Assembly (NCBI GenBank): GCA_050015075.1
Contig: JBEKCB010000042.1
Coordinates: 1 to 27,674, forward strand
Direction of reading: 5' to 3'
Source: Candidatus Brocadiia bacterium
GTDB taxonomy: Bacteria; Planctomycetota; Brocadiia; CAIUPP01
Length of the DNA: 27,674 bases
A program made the translations under genes and the position numbers. The notes beneath the pieces were generated by a model, which was given only the letters and a program-made list of their open reading frames with translations, had not been told where the DNA came from and made no database searches. Shown here piece after piece: positions 15,962 to 24,617 of this stretch (position 1 is its first letter; every line of letters starts with the position of its first letter).

Positions 15962-17533
15962 TTGAACCAGGCATACTGCGGCGCCTGTGGCAAGCTGGCA
16001 CCGGCCGCGCCCGTTGAACGCGATGGCCAGATTTTCCTCGTCAAGAAATGCCCGGCCTGCGGGCCGACCGAAAGCCTGATCTCCGGCGATGCCGCCCGCT
16101 ACAACGCCAAGCGCTCGCTGGACCTCGGCCACGATTTCAAGGGTTGCGCGCTCGACTGCACGCATTGCGGCCGCGGCAAGCAGCCGAACATGGTCTTCCT
16201 CGACGTCACCAACCGCTGTAACCTGAACTGCCCGATCTGCATCAACAACACGCCGAGCATGGGCTTCGTCTTCGACCCGCCGATGGAGTATTTCGACCGC
16301 ATCTTCAAGCACTTCTCCCAGGCCGACCCGAAGCCCGCCGTCCAGCTCTTCGGAGGCGAACCGACGGTGCGCAAGGACCTGTTCGAGATCATCCAGCTCT
16401 CGCGCTCCTACGGCCTGCCCACGCGCGTGGTCACCAACGGCATCAAGCTCGCGGACGAGGCATACTGCCGCAAGCTGATCGAGAGCCGCGCGACGATCCT
16501 GATCGCCTACGACAACGATAACCCGGAGACGTACCGCGTCCTTCGCGGCAGCGAGAAGGCGCTGGGGCTCAAACTGCAGGCGCTGGAGAACATCCGCCGC
16601 ATCGGCGGCGCCAAGGTGGCGCTGATGTCGCTGGTGGCCAAGGGATTCAACGACCAGGACCTGCCGAAGCTGTTCGAGTTCTGCCATGAAGCGCGGGAGC
16701 AGGTGCGCGGAATCTATTTCATGCCCATGGCGCACAACTGGACGCCCGACCGGCTGGACCTGGAGGCGGAGCGGATCACGAGCGAGGACGTGGAGAACCT
16801 CGTGGCGCGCATCTGGCCGGAGGATCCCGTGGATTTCATCCCGGCCGGGTTCTTCGGCCAGCTCCGGGTGCTGTCGAAGTATCTGCATCTCAAGCCGATG
16901 CCGTTCGCCGGCGCGCATCCGAACTGCGAGAGCATGTACCTGCTCGTCTCCGACGGCGCGCGCTACCTGCCGCTGAACCACTACCTGCGCGCCAGCGCGG
17001 TCACGATGGGCCGCGACCTTCTCGACGCGGAGCGCCGAATGGCCGCGCGCGAGCAGGCGCTGCAGACCGGCGCCTTCGGCCGGACCCTCGGTGCGCTGCG
17101 GCTCCGCAACGCCTGGCTGTGGTCGAGCGCGGCGCTCGCGATGAGCCGCATCTTCCTGCGGTCCTTACGCCTGGGAAGGCTCCTTAAAGGCCGCGGGCCG
17201 GTCAAGCTCTGGCACGGAACGATGGTGCCGCTCAAGCTGCTCTTCGGCGGTCACAGCCGCATCGTCCTCGGCCGCCACACCAACATCCAGCGCAGCTTGC
17301 AGTTGATCGTTCTGCCGTTTGAGGACCGCTCCACTCTGGAGACGGACCGGCTGGAACGCTGCCCGGCGGGATTCGCATACGTGGACCCGAAGACCGGCCG
17401 CGTGCGGTCGGTCTCGACGTGCGCCTGGGGCATCCACAAGACCGCCATCATGCGCGAGATCATGGCCGCTTATAAGGCCGCCGAACCGGCGCCGGAGCCG
17501 GTGCAGCCGGCCGCGCCTTCCGACAGCCGTTAA
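15962..17533 (+). CDS. Radical SAM enzyme, tetraether lipid synthase (Tes/GDGT-MAS, COG1964)-like
   Basis: N-terminal CxxC...KKCPAC rubredoxin-like site, GCALDCTHC, DVTNRCNLNCPIC, GGEPTVR, TNGIKL, VRGIYFMP, HPNC, RLERC...STC. TTG start after GAGGG; ATG 15914 is possible. Confidence 0.8.
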   Translation: MNQAYCGACGKLAPAAPVERDGQIFLVKKCPACGPTESLISGDAARYNAKRSLDLGHDFKGCALDCTHCGRGKQPNMVFLDVTNRCNLNCPICINNTPSMGFVFDPPMEYFDRIFKHFSQADPKPAVQLFGGEPTVRKDLFEIIQLSRSYGLPTRVVTNGIKLADEAYCRKLIESRATILIAYDNDNPETYRVLRGSEKALGLKLQALENIRRIGGAKVALMSLVAKGFNDQDLPKLFEFCHEAREQVRGIYFMPMAHNWTPDRLDLEAERITSEDVENLVARIWPEDPVDFIPAGFFGQLRVLSKYLHLKPMPFAGAHPNCESMYLLVSDGARYLPLNHYLRASAVTMGRDLLDAERRMAAREQALQTGAFGRTLGALRLRNAWLWSSAALAMSRIFLRSLRLGRLLKGRGPVKLWHGTMVPLKLLFGGHSRIVLGRHTNIQRSLQLIVLPFEDRSTLETDRLERCPAGFAYVDPKTGRVRSVSTCAWGIHKTAIMREIMAAYKAAEPAPEPVQPAAPSDSR

Positions 17534-17583
17534 ACGCCCGCACCGCGGCGCGATGAGTCCGCCTTGCGACATGTGAGGGGGCA

Positions 17584-18156
17584 ATGAAACGCATCTCCGC
17601 CATCGAGGCGCTGCAGCGGCTGAAAGCCGGTTCGGCCGTAATCAACGCTGAAGTGCTTGAACCGATTGACCTGCTCGCGCTTTGCCCTCCACACCCGCAA
17701 TTGAAGCCTGACAGCATCCCCCAGCGGATCGAATTCCGCGCCTGCCGGCTGAACTCCCTGGACGCGATAACGGCGTTTTTCCAAGAGCGCCTGACGCTGA
17801 TTGACACACGCGTAGAGGCGCAGCACGGAAGCTTCTGGTGCTGCTACTTCCTAAAGGGAGCGCAGATCGAGCGATGTGAGTTCATCAGTCAGGTGGATTT
17901 CAGTTGCGGCGAAGGCAACAAAGACGGCAGCATCTTCGCGCTGAAGGATACGGTGTTTCACGAGTTCGTTGATTTCACTGACTACATTTTCGATGGACCT
18001 GTCGAAATCCACGGGTGCCGGTTTGAAAAAGGGACCAACCTGCTGGGCAACCGCGGCCAGCCGCACGTCGTGCGCTTCCGTGTGCCGCCGATCCTCGAGG
18101 CAAATGAAGGCCGCATGGACATTGACGGCTACCGTCCAGGCCTCAAAGGCGTCTGA
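17584..18156 (+). CDS. Hypothetical protein with pentapeptide-repeat-like segments
   Basis: GAGGGGG RBS and ATG; recurring CEFISQVDF / TVFHEFVDF / YIFDGPVEI / CRFEKGTNL pattern. Confidence 0.7.
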   Translation: MKRISAIEALQRLKAGSAVINAEVLEPIDLLALCPPHPQLKPDSIPQRIEFRACRLNSLDAITAFFQERLTLIDTRVEAQHGSFWCCYFLKGAQIERCEFISQVDFSCGEGNKDGSIFALKDTVFHEFVDFTDYIFDGPVEIHGCRFEKGTNLLGNRGQPHVVRFRVPPILEANEGRMDIDGYRPGLKGV

Positions 18157-18185
18157 CACGTCCGCGAATAATACCGAAAGGACAC

Positions 18186-18214
18186 TTGACACGGCTCAAG
18201 GCATAGGCTAGGAT
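18186..18214 (+). promoter_or_regulatory. sigma70 promoter of the rex-hyd operon
   Basis: TTGACA (18186-18191), 17 bp spacer, TAGGAT (18209-18214). Confidence 0.75.
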
Positions 18215-18221
18215 ACATGCG

Positions 18222-18256
18222 TTGTGAAACTTGTAACGCTGTTAGTTTTGTAACGA
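18222..18256. promoter_or_regulatory. Two tandem Rex operator-like boxes
   Basis: TTGTGAAacttGTAACGC (18222-18239) and CTGTTAGttttGTAACGA (18239-18256) resemble TTGT(G/T)AA-N4-TT(C/A)ACAA and lie directly upstream of rex. Confidence 0.7.
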
Positions 18257-18268
18257 TGGCTGGCTCCG

Positions 18269-18958
18269 ATGCCTGAAAAAACTGCCATTATCTCGGAGAA
18301 GATCGTTGCGCGGCTTAGTCTGTATCGCCGGCTACTCGCATCGGAGGCGGCGGGCGGCGCGCGGCACATCTACTCCCACCAGCTCGCGACGATGGCGGGC
18401 GTATCGGCCGAGCAGGTCCGGCGCGATATGATGGCCGTCGGGTACAACGGCACGCCGATCCGGGGCTACTGCATCGCTGAGCTGATGAGCTGCATAGACG
18501 GACTTCTCGACGCGGCGCAAGGACAGAGCGCGGCGATTGTGGGCCTCGGGCACCTCGGCCGGGCCATCACCGTTTATTCCGCGGGCCGGTGGCCGAAGCT
18601 CTCCATCGTCGCCGCCTTCGATAACGATCCGGCAAAGGTCGGGCAGGTCGTCAACGGCTGCACCTGTTATCAGGACACCGATATCTCCCGGATTGTGGCG
18701 GAACGGGATATCCGCGTGGCCATCATCACGGTCCCCGCTTCGGAGGCGCAGAAAGTCGCCGACACGCTCGTGGAGGCCGGCGTGAAGGGAATTCTCAATT
18801 TCGCGCCGGCGCGGCTGCGCGTTCCGCCGGACGTGTACGTCGAGAACATGGACGTCGCCGTCTCGCTCGAGAAGGTCGCCTACTTCGCCCGGCAAGGCCC
18901 GGCCCGGAAGGTGGCCGCGGTCGCCCGAGAGATGGGAACCGAAGATGCCATCCAATAA
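18269..18958 (+). CDS. rex: Redox-sensing transcriptional repressor Rex
   Basis: RLSLYRRLL, SHQLA...QVRRDM, GY winged helix; GLGHLGRA NAD(H) site; AFDNDPAKVG; GVKGILNFAP. Confidence 0.95.
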   Translation: MPEKTAIISEKIVARLSLYRRLLASEAAGGARHIYSHQLATMAGVSAEQVRRDMMAVGYNGTPIRGYCIAELMSCIDGLLDAAQGQSAAIVGLGHLGRAITVYSAGRWPKLSIVAAFDNDPAKVGQVVNGCTCYQDTDISRIVAERDIRVAIITVPASEAQKVADTLVEAGVKGILNFAPARLRVPPDVYVENMDVAVSLEKVAYFARQGPARKVAAVAREMGTEDAIQ

Positions 18959-20942
18959 GTCATTTGTCGAGACGATCAAAGAGCGCTGCCGGGTGTGCTA
19001 CACCTGCGTGCGCGAATGCCCGGCGAAGGCGATCCGCATCTCGGACGGCCAGGCGGAGATCATCGGCCAGCGGTGCATCAACTGCGGCAACTGCGTGAGG
19101 GTCTGCAGCCAGCGCGCGAAACAGGTGATCGGTTCCATCGAGGAAGTGCGCGCGCTCCTCGACTCCGGCGCGCCGACGGCGGTCTGCCTGGCGCCGAGCT
19201 TTCCCGCCGAGTTCACGGAGATCAGCCCCGAACGGCTCATCGGCATGTTGCGCCGACTGGGCTTCAGCAAGGTCGCCGAAGTCGCTGCCGGCGCGGACCT
19301 GGTCGCCGACGCCTACCGGAAATTGCTGGCGAAGAACGACGGCCGGCGGTACATCGCCACGACGTGCCCGGCGGTGGTGACCTATGTCGAGCGCTACCAT
19401 CCGCAGCTCGTGGACCACCTGGCGCCGATCGTCTCGCCGATGATCGCCACCGCCCGATGCCTGCGGCGGCTCTACGGGCCGGAACTGAGGATCGTCTTCG
19501 TCGGCCCCTGCATCGCGAAGAAGCAGGAATCGCGCACCGTCCACGTCGGCAGCGAGATGGACGGCGTCCTGACTTTCGTCGAGCTGTGGCAGATGTTCGC
19601 GGAGGCCGGGATCAGGCCCGACTCGGTCGAGCCGAGCGAGTTCGACGCGCCGCGCGCCGGTTCCGGCGCGCTCTTCTCCATCAGTCGCGGCTTCCTGCAG
19701 GCTGCGGCGATCGGCGAGGACCTCATCGCCGGGCAGGTGATCGCCGCCGACGGACGGCCCAATTTCGCGGACGCGATCAAAGAGTTCGAGGCCGGCACGA
19801 TGGACGCGCGGCTGCTCGAAACGCTCTGCTGCACCGGCTGCATCATGGGCGCGGGCATGACCAGCACGCTGCCGCTGTTCGCGCGGCGCGCGCGCATCAG
19901 CGAATACGTCCGCGCCCGCCTCCGGCCCGAGGAGCGCCGCGGCGGGCCGGCCGTCCCGAAGGAGCTCGAGGGGCTCGATCTCTCGCGCGGCTTCGCGCCG
20001 AACGACCAGCGGATCCCCGTGCCGTCGCCGGACGAGACGACGAGCATTCTCGCCCGGATGGGCAAGCTCAAGCCCGAGGACGAACTCAACTGCGGCGCCT
20101 GCGGCTACGACACCTGCCGCGAGCACGCCACCGCCATCCACCGCGGCCTGGCGGAAAGCGAGATGTGCCTGCCGTACACGATTGACCAGCTCCGCAAAAC
20201 GGTCAAGGAACTCGGCATCTCGAACGAGCAGCTCGCGAAGGTGCAGGAAGCGCTGATGCACACGGAGAAGCTCGCCAGCATGGGACAGCTTGCCGCCGGC
20301 ATCGCCCACGAGATGAACAACCCGCTCGGCGTCGTCCTCATGTATGCGCACCTGCTGCTGAGCGACGTCCATGACGTCAAGTTCCGCGAGGACCTGACCC
20401 TCATCGCGGACCAGGCCGACCGCTGCAAGAAGATCGTCTCCGGCCTGCTGCACTTCGCCCGCCAGAACAAGATCGTCCCGCAGCCGACGGACCTGCGCGA
20501 ACTCGTGGACCGGAACGTCAAGGCGATCCACTTCCCCGCGAACATCACGGTCCGATTCGATCACCTCGCCGCGGACACGGTCGCGGAGGTGGACCCGGAC
20601 CAGGTCGTGCAGATCCTCATCAACCTGGTGACCAACGCGCAGGCCGCCATGCCGGACGGCGGCACGCTCACGCTCCGCACGGACGGCGACGAGCGGACCG
20701 TGCGCCTGGTCGTCGCCGACACCGGCGTCGGCATCCCTAGGGAGAACCTGCGCAAGATCTTCGAGCCGTTCTTCACGACCAAGCAGGTCGGCCGCGGGAC
20801 CGGCCTGGGTCTGTCGGTGACATACGGCATCGTCAAGATGCACCGCGGCGACATCCGCGTCGAGTCGAACGCGAACCCCGCCGCCGGACCGACCGGCTCG
20901 ACTTTCACGGTCATCCTGCCGCGGCGCGAAAAGGAGGAATGA
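18945..20942 (+). CDS. Putative sensory (group C-type) [FeFe]-hydrogenase domain fused to a histidine kinase
   Basis: 2[4Fe-4S] ferredoxin (CRVCYTCVRECP, CINCGNCVRVC), LAPSF, H-cluster-like motifs TTCPA, GPCIAKKQE, ETLCCTGCIMGAG, FeS domain NCGACGYDTC, HisKA AHEMNNPL, HATPase NLVTNA/DTGVG/FFTTK/GTGLGL. Confidence 0.88.
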   Translation: MPSNKSFVETIKERCRVCYTCVRECPAKAIRISDGQAEIIGQRCINCGNCVRVCSQRAKQVIGSIEEVRALLDSGAPTAVCLAPSFPAEFTEISPERLIGMLRRLGFSKVAEVAAGADLVADAYRKLLAKNDGRRYIATTCPAVVTYVERYHPQLVDHLAPIVSPMIATARCLRRLYGPELRIVFVGPCIAKKQESRTVHVGSEMDGVLTFVELWQMFAEAGIRPDSVEPSEFDAPRAGSGALFSISRGFLQAAAIGEDLIAGQVIAADGRPNFADAIKEFEAGTMDARLLETLCCTGCIMGAGMTSTLPLFARRARISEYVRARLRPEERRGGPAVPKELEGLDLSRGFAPNDQRIPVPSPDETTSILARMGKLKPEDELNCGACGYDTCREHATAIHRGLAESEMCLPYTIDQLRKTVKELGISNEQLAKVQEALMHTEKLASMGQLAAGIAHEMNNPLGVVLMYAHLLLSDVHDVKFREDLTLIADQADRCKKIVSGLLHFARQNKIVPQPTDLRELVDRNVKAIHFPANITVRFDHLAADTVAEVDPDQVVQILINLVTNAQAAMPDGGTLTLRTDGDERTVRLVVADTGVGIPRENLRKIFEPFFTTKQVGRGTGLGLSVTYGIVKMHRGDIRVESNANPAAGPTGSTFTVILPRREKEE

Positions 20943-20943
20943 G

Positions 20944-22077
20944 ATGCCGGAAACGCTTCGGGTCCTGACGGTGGATGACGAGCCCGGCATGCGCACCGGC
21001 GTCGTGCGCGTGCTCAAGGATTACGCGGTCCGCATGCCCGAAGTGGAGGACGAGGTCGCCTTCATCACCGACCACGCCGCCACCGGCGAGGAAGCGCTCG
21101 AAAAGATCCGCGCCATGCCGCCGGACATCCTGCTGCTCGACTACAAGCTGCCCGGCATCAGCGGGCTGGACGTGCTCGACCAGGTCGTTTCCGACCAGCC
21201 GGACATCCTCGTCATCATGATCACGGCATACGCCTCGCTCGAGACCGCCGTCGCGGCCACGAAGCGCGGCGCGTACGATTTCCTGGCCAAGCCGTTCACG
21301 CCCGAGGAACTGCGCAACGCCGTGCGCAAGGCGGCCGGCCGCATGATCGTCACGCGCCAGGCGCGCAAGCTCGCGCAGGAAAAGCGCCAGGCGCGTTTCG
21401 AGTTCATCTCCGTCCTCGCGCACGAGCTTAAGGCGCCGATCTGCGCGATCGAGGGCTACCTGCACATTCTCAAGGACCCGTGGACGCGCCCGGACCCGGC
21501 GGCGCATGACCGCATGCTCGACCGCTGCCTCATCCGGGCCGAACAGATGCGCATCATGATCCTCGATCTGCTGGACCTCACGCGCATCGAGTCGGGCCTG
21601 AAGAAGCGCGAGGCGGTTGAGCTGGACCTAGTCGAGGTCGCGCGGGCGGCGCTGGAGATCGTCGCCGCGGAGGCCAAGACGCGGAACATCGCGCTCGAAC
21701 TTCACGCGGCTGCGCCGCTGAAGCTCACCGCCGACCGGCTGGAGATGGAAATGATCCTCAACAACCTCGTCTCGAATGCCGTCAAGTACAACCGCGATGG
21801 CGGGCGCGTGGACGTCACGCTCTCCGCGTCCGACGGCCGGATCACCATCGCCGTCGCGGATACCGGCATCGGCATGGCGCCGGAGGAAGCCGCGCGGCTG
21901 TTCACCGATTTCGCCCGCATCCGGAACGACAAGACGCGGCACATCCTCGGCAGCGGGCTGGGACTCTCGATCGTCCGCAAACTGACCGACCTCTATCACG
22001 GCCAGGTCAGCGTCGCCAGCAAGCCGGGCGAGGGAAGCACTTTTACTGTCGTGCTGGAGCCGAACGCCCAGCCCTGA
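20944..22077 (+). CDS. Hybrid receiver-histidine kinase (REC-HisKA-HATPase)
   Basis: VDDE, LLDYKLP, ITAYAS, FLAKPF receiver; AHELKAP; NLVSNAVKY, DTGIG, GSGLGL. Confidence 0.93.
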   Translation: MPETLRVLTVDDEPGMRTGVVRVLKDYAVRMPEVEDEVAFITDHAATGEEALEKIRAMPPDILLLDYKLPGISGLDVLDQVVSDQPDILVIMITAYASLETAVAATKRGAYDFLAKPFTPEELRNAVRKAAGRMIVTRQARKLAQEKRQARFEFISVLAHELKAPICAIEGYLHILKDPWTRPDPAAHDRMLDRCLIRAEQMRIMILDLLDLTRIESGLKKREAVELDLVEVARAALEIVAAEAKTRNIALELHAAAPLKLTADRLEMEMILNNLVSNAVKYNRDGGRVDVTLSASDGRITIAVADTGIGMAPEEAARLFTDFARIRNDKTRHILGSGLGLSIVRKLTDLYHGQVSVASKPGEGSTFTVVLEPNAQP

Positions 22078-22102
22078 CTTCACACCGGGAAGATCGGCAG
22101 GA

Positions 22103-23164
22103 ATGGAAAAAAGCGAGATCGTCCACTGGCTGCGCGAAGAGCGCGCGCCGCGCCTCGAGGAACTCTATCGGCTCGCGGATGAAACCCGCCGGCGGAACGT
22201 CGGCGACGAGGTCCATCTGCGCGGACTGATCGAAATCTCGAACTGCTGCGTCCGCGACTGCGCCTACTGCGGGCTGCGCGCCGGACACCGGGCGCTGACG
22301 CGCTACCGGATGACCGCGGAGGAAATCCTCGGCTGCGTCCGCCAGGCGGTGGATTACGGATACGGCACGGTGGTGCTGCAGTCCGGCGAAGATTACGGCA
22401 TCGCCACGGAACCGATGGCGGCGATCATCCGCCGCATCAAGTCCGAGACGGCGCTCGCCGTAACGCTCAGCTTCGGCGAGCGCCCCGACGAGGACCTGGC
22501 GCGCTGGCGCGCCGCCGGCGCCGACCGGTACCTGCTGCGCTTTGAGACTTCGAACGCGGAACTCTACCGGCGAATCCATCCGCCGCTCGCCGCGCCGTCG
22601 GACCGCATCGCGATCCTCCGCCGCCTCGGCGAACTCGGCTACGAGGTCGGCAGCGGCGTGATGATCGGAATCCCGGGCCAGACTTACGAGAGCCTGGCGG
22701 AGGACATCGGGCTGTTCCGGACGCTCGACCTCGACATGATCGGCGTCGGCCCATATCTGCCGCACCCGAACACGCCGCTCGGGCGGAGCCCCGGTGATTT
22801 CCCGGCGCCCGAATCCGACCAGGTCCCCAACACCGAGGAGATGACTTACAAGGTCCTGGCGCTGACGCGGCTCGCCTGCCCGCGGGCGAATATCCCGAGC
22901 ACCACCGCCCTGGCGACGCTCAACACCGCCGGCGGACGCGAACTCGGCCTGCGGCGCGGCGCCAACGTCGTCATGCCGAACCTGACGCCGGTGAAGTACC
23001 GCGCGCTCTATGAGATTTACCCCGGCAAGGCCTGCATCGCCGAGACGGCGGAGGCGTGCCAGGGTTGCCTGCGACAGAGGATTCTTTCTATCGGGCGGAG
23101 AATCGGGACCGGACCGGGCGGTTCGCTGAAGCGGCGCCCAGCCACGGCGGTCGGCATTACGTGA
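22103..23164 (+). CDS. hydE: [FeFe]-hydrogenase H-cluster radical SAM maturase HydE
   Basis: VHLRGLIEISNCCVRDCAYCGLR, VLQSGED, LLRFET, IPSTTAL, GANVVMPN, YEIYPGK. Confidence 0.95.
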   Translation: MEKSEIVHWLREERAPRLEELYRLADETRRRNVGDEVHLRGLIEISNCCVRDCAYCGLRAGHRALTRYRMTAEEILGCVRQAVDYGYGTVVLQSGEDYGIATEPMAAIIRRIKSETALAVTLSFGERPDEDLARWRAAGADRYLLRFETSNAELYRRIHPPLAAPSDRIAILRRLGELGYEVGSGVMIGIPGQTYESLAEDIGLFRTLDLDMIGVGPYLPHPNTPLGRSPGDFPAPESDQVPNTEEMTYKVLALTRLACPRANIPSTTALATLNTAGGRELGLRRGANVVMPNLTPVKYRALYEIYPGKACIAETAEACQGCLRQRILSIGRRIGTGPGGSLKRRPATAVGIT

Positions 23165-23175
23165 AAGCGCGAGAC

Positions 23176-24606
23176 ATGACAACGAGAATGTCGGCGACGA
23201 TGAAATTGAGCGAAGGCGCGGCGGACTTCATTGACGATGCGCGCCTGGAAGGGCTGCTGGCCGGCGCGCGGCCGGACGACCGGCAGGTGGACGACATCAT
23301 TGCCAAGAGCCTGGCCAAGAGCGCGCTGACGGTGGAAGAAACCGCCCTGCTCCTGAAAGCCGGCCAGCCCGGCCAAGTCGAGCGCATCTTCGACGCCGCG
23401 CGCGAACTCAAGCGCGCGGTTTACGGGAACCGCATCGTGCTCTTTGCGCCGCTCTACGTCGGCAACCGGTGCGTGAACGACTGCCGCTACTGCGGCTTCC
23501 GCCGCACCAACCGGGCGCAGGTGCGCCGCACGCTCGACGGCGCGGAGCTGCGCCGGCAGGTCGAGGCGCTCGAGCGCGTCGGCCACAAGCGGCTGATCCT
23601 CGTCTTCGGCGAGCATCCGCAGTACGACGCCGAGTTCATCGCGCGCGCCGTCCGGACGGCCTACGCGACGCGCGCGGGACGCGGCGAAATCCGGCGCGTG
23701 AACATCAACGCCGCGCCGCTCGACCATGAAGGCTACGTGACCGTCAAGCAGGCGGGAATCGGTACGTACCAGATTTTCCAGGAGACCTATCACCACGAAA
23801 CGTACGCGCGCGTTCACCCGGCGGGCACGCGCAAGGCGGACTTCCTCTACCGGCTCGACGGGCTGAGCCGCGCGATGGAGGCCGGCTGCGACGACGTGGG
23901 CATCGGCGCGCTGTTCGGGCTTTACGACTGGCGGTTCGAGGCGCTCGGGCTGGTCTCGCACGCGCTTTATCTCCAGTCGCGCCACGGCTGCGGCCCGCAC
24001 ACGATCAGCTTCCCGCGGCTGCAACCCGCGTGCGGCGTGGAACTCGGCGGCGAATTCCGGGTGAGCGACCGCGATTTCAAGCGCCTCATCGCGATCCTGC
24101 GCCTGGCCGTGCCGTACACCGGCCTGATCCTCACCGCGCGCGAGCGGCCCGAACTCCGGCGCGAGGTGATGGCCTTCGGCGTCTCGCAGATTGACGCCGG
24201 CAGCCGTATCGAGATCGGCGGCTACACCGAGTCCGGCGACGCGCAGCGCATGGAGCGCGAGCAGTTCTCCCTCGGCGACGTGCGCCCGCTCGACGCGGTG
24301 ATGCGCGGCCTGATCGAGGACGGATACGTGCCGAGCTTCTGCACCGCCTGTTACCGGCTGGGCCGCACCGGCGAGCATTTCATGGAGTTCGCGATCCCCG
24401 GTTTCATCCGGCGGTTCTGCACGCCCAACGCTCTCTCCACGCTGACGGAGTACCTGGTGGACTACGCTACGCCGGAGACGCGGGCCGCAGGCGAGAAGGC
24501 CGTCGCCGCCGAACTCGCGAGGATGGAGGAAGGAAAACTTAAGGAGCAATTGGGCGATCGGCTCCGCCGAATCCACGAGACGGACGACCGGGACCTTTAC
24601 TTCTGA
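23176..24606 (+). CDS. hydG: [FeFe]-hydrogenase H-cluster radical SAM maturase HydG
   Basis: YGNRIVLFAPLY, CVNDCRYC, FQETYH, PHTISFPR, auxiliary-cluster motif SFCTACYR...CTPNA, C-terminal RDLYF. Start could be 23161, 23188 or 23200. Confidence 0.95.
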   Translation: MTTRMSATMKLSEGAADFIDDARLEGLLAGARPDDRQVDDIIAKSLAKSALTVEETALLLKAGQPGQVERIFDAARELKRAVYGNRIVLFAPLYVGNRCVNDCRYCGFRRTNRAQVRRTLDGAELRRQVEALERVGHKRLILVFGEHPQYDAEFIARAVRTAYATRAGRGEIRRVNINAAPLDHEGYVTVKQAGIGTYQIFQETYHHETYARVHPAGTRKADFLYRLDGLSRAMEAGCDDVGIGALFGLYDWRFEALGLVSHALYLQSRHGCGPHTISFPRLQPACGVELGGEFRVSDRDFKRLIAILRLAVPYTGLILTARERPELRREVMAFGVSQIDAGSRIEIGGYTESGDAQRMEREQFSLGDVRPLDAVMRGLIEDGYVPSFCTACYRLGRTGEHFMEFAIPGFIRRFCTPNALSTLTEYLVDYATPETRAAGEKAVAAELARMEEGKLKEQLGDRLRRIHETDDRDLYF

Positions 24607-24617
24607 GACGGGCGACC

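Noticed and set aside
18945-20942. Catalytic hydrogenase HydA
   Set aside because: It lacks the proton-transfer Cys and conserved Met residues and is fused to a histidine kinase.
22103-24606. bioB and thiH calls
   Set aside because: The YEIYPGK motif (HydE), the CTAC...C auxiliary motif (HydG) and the adjacent hydF identify them as maturases.
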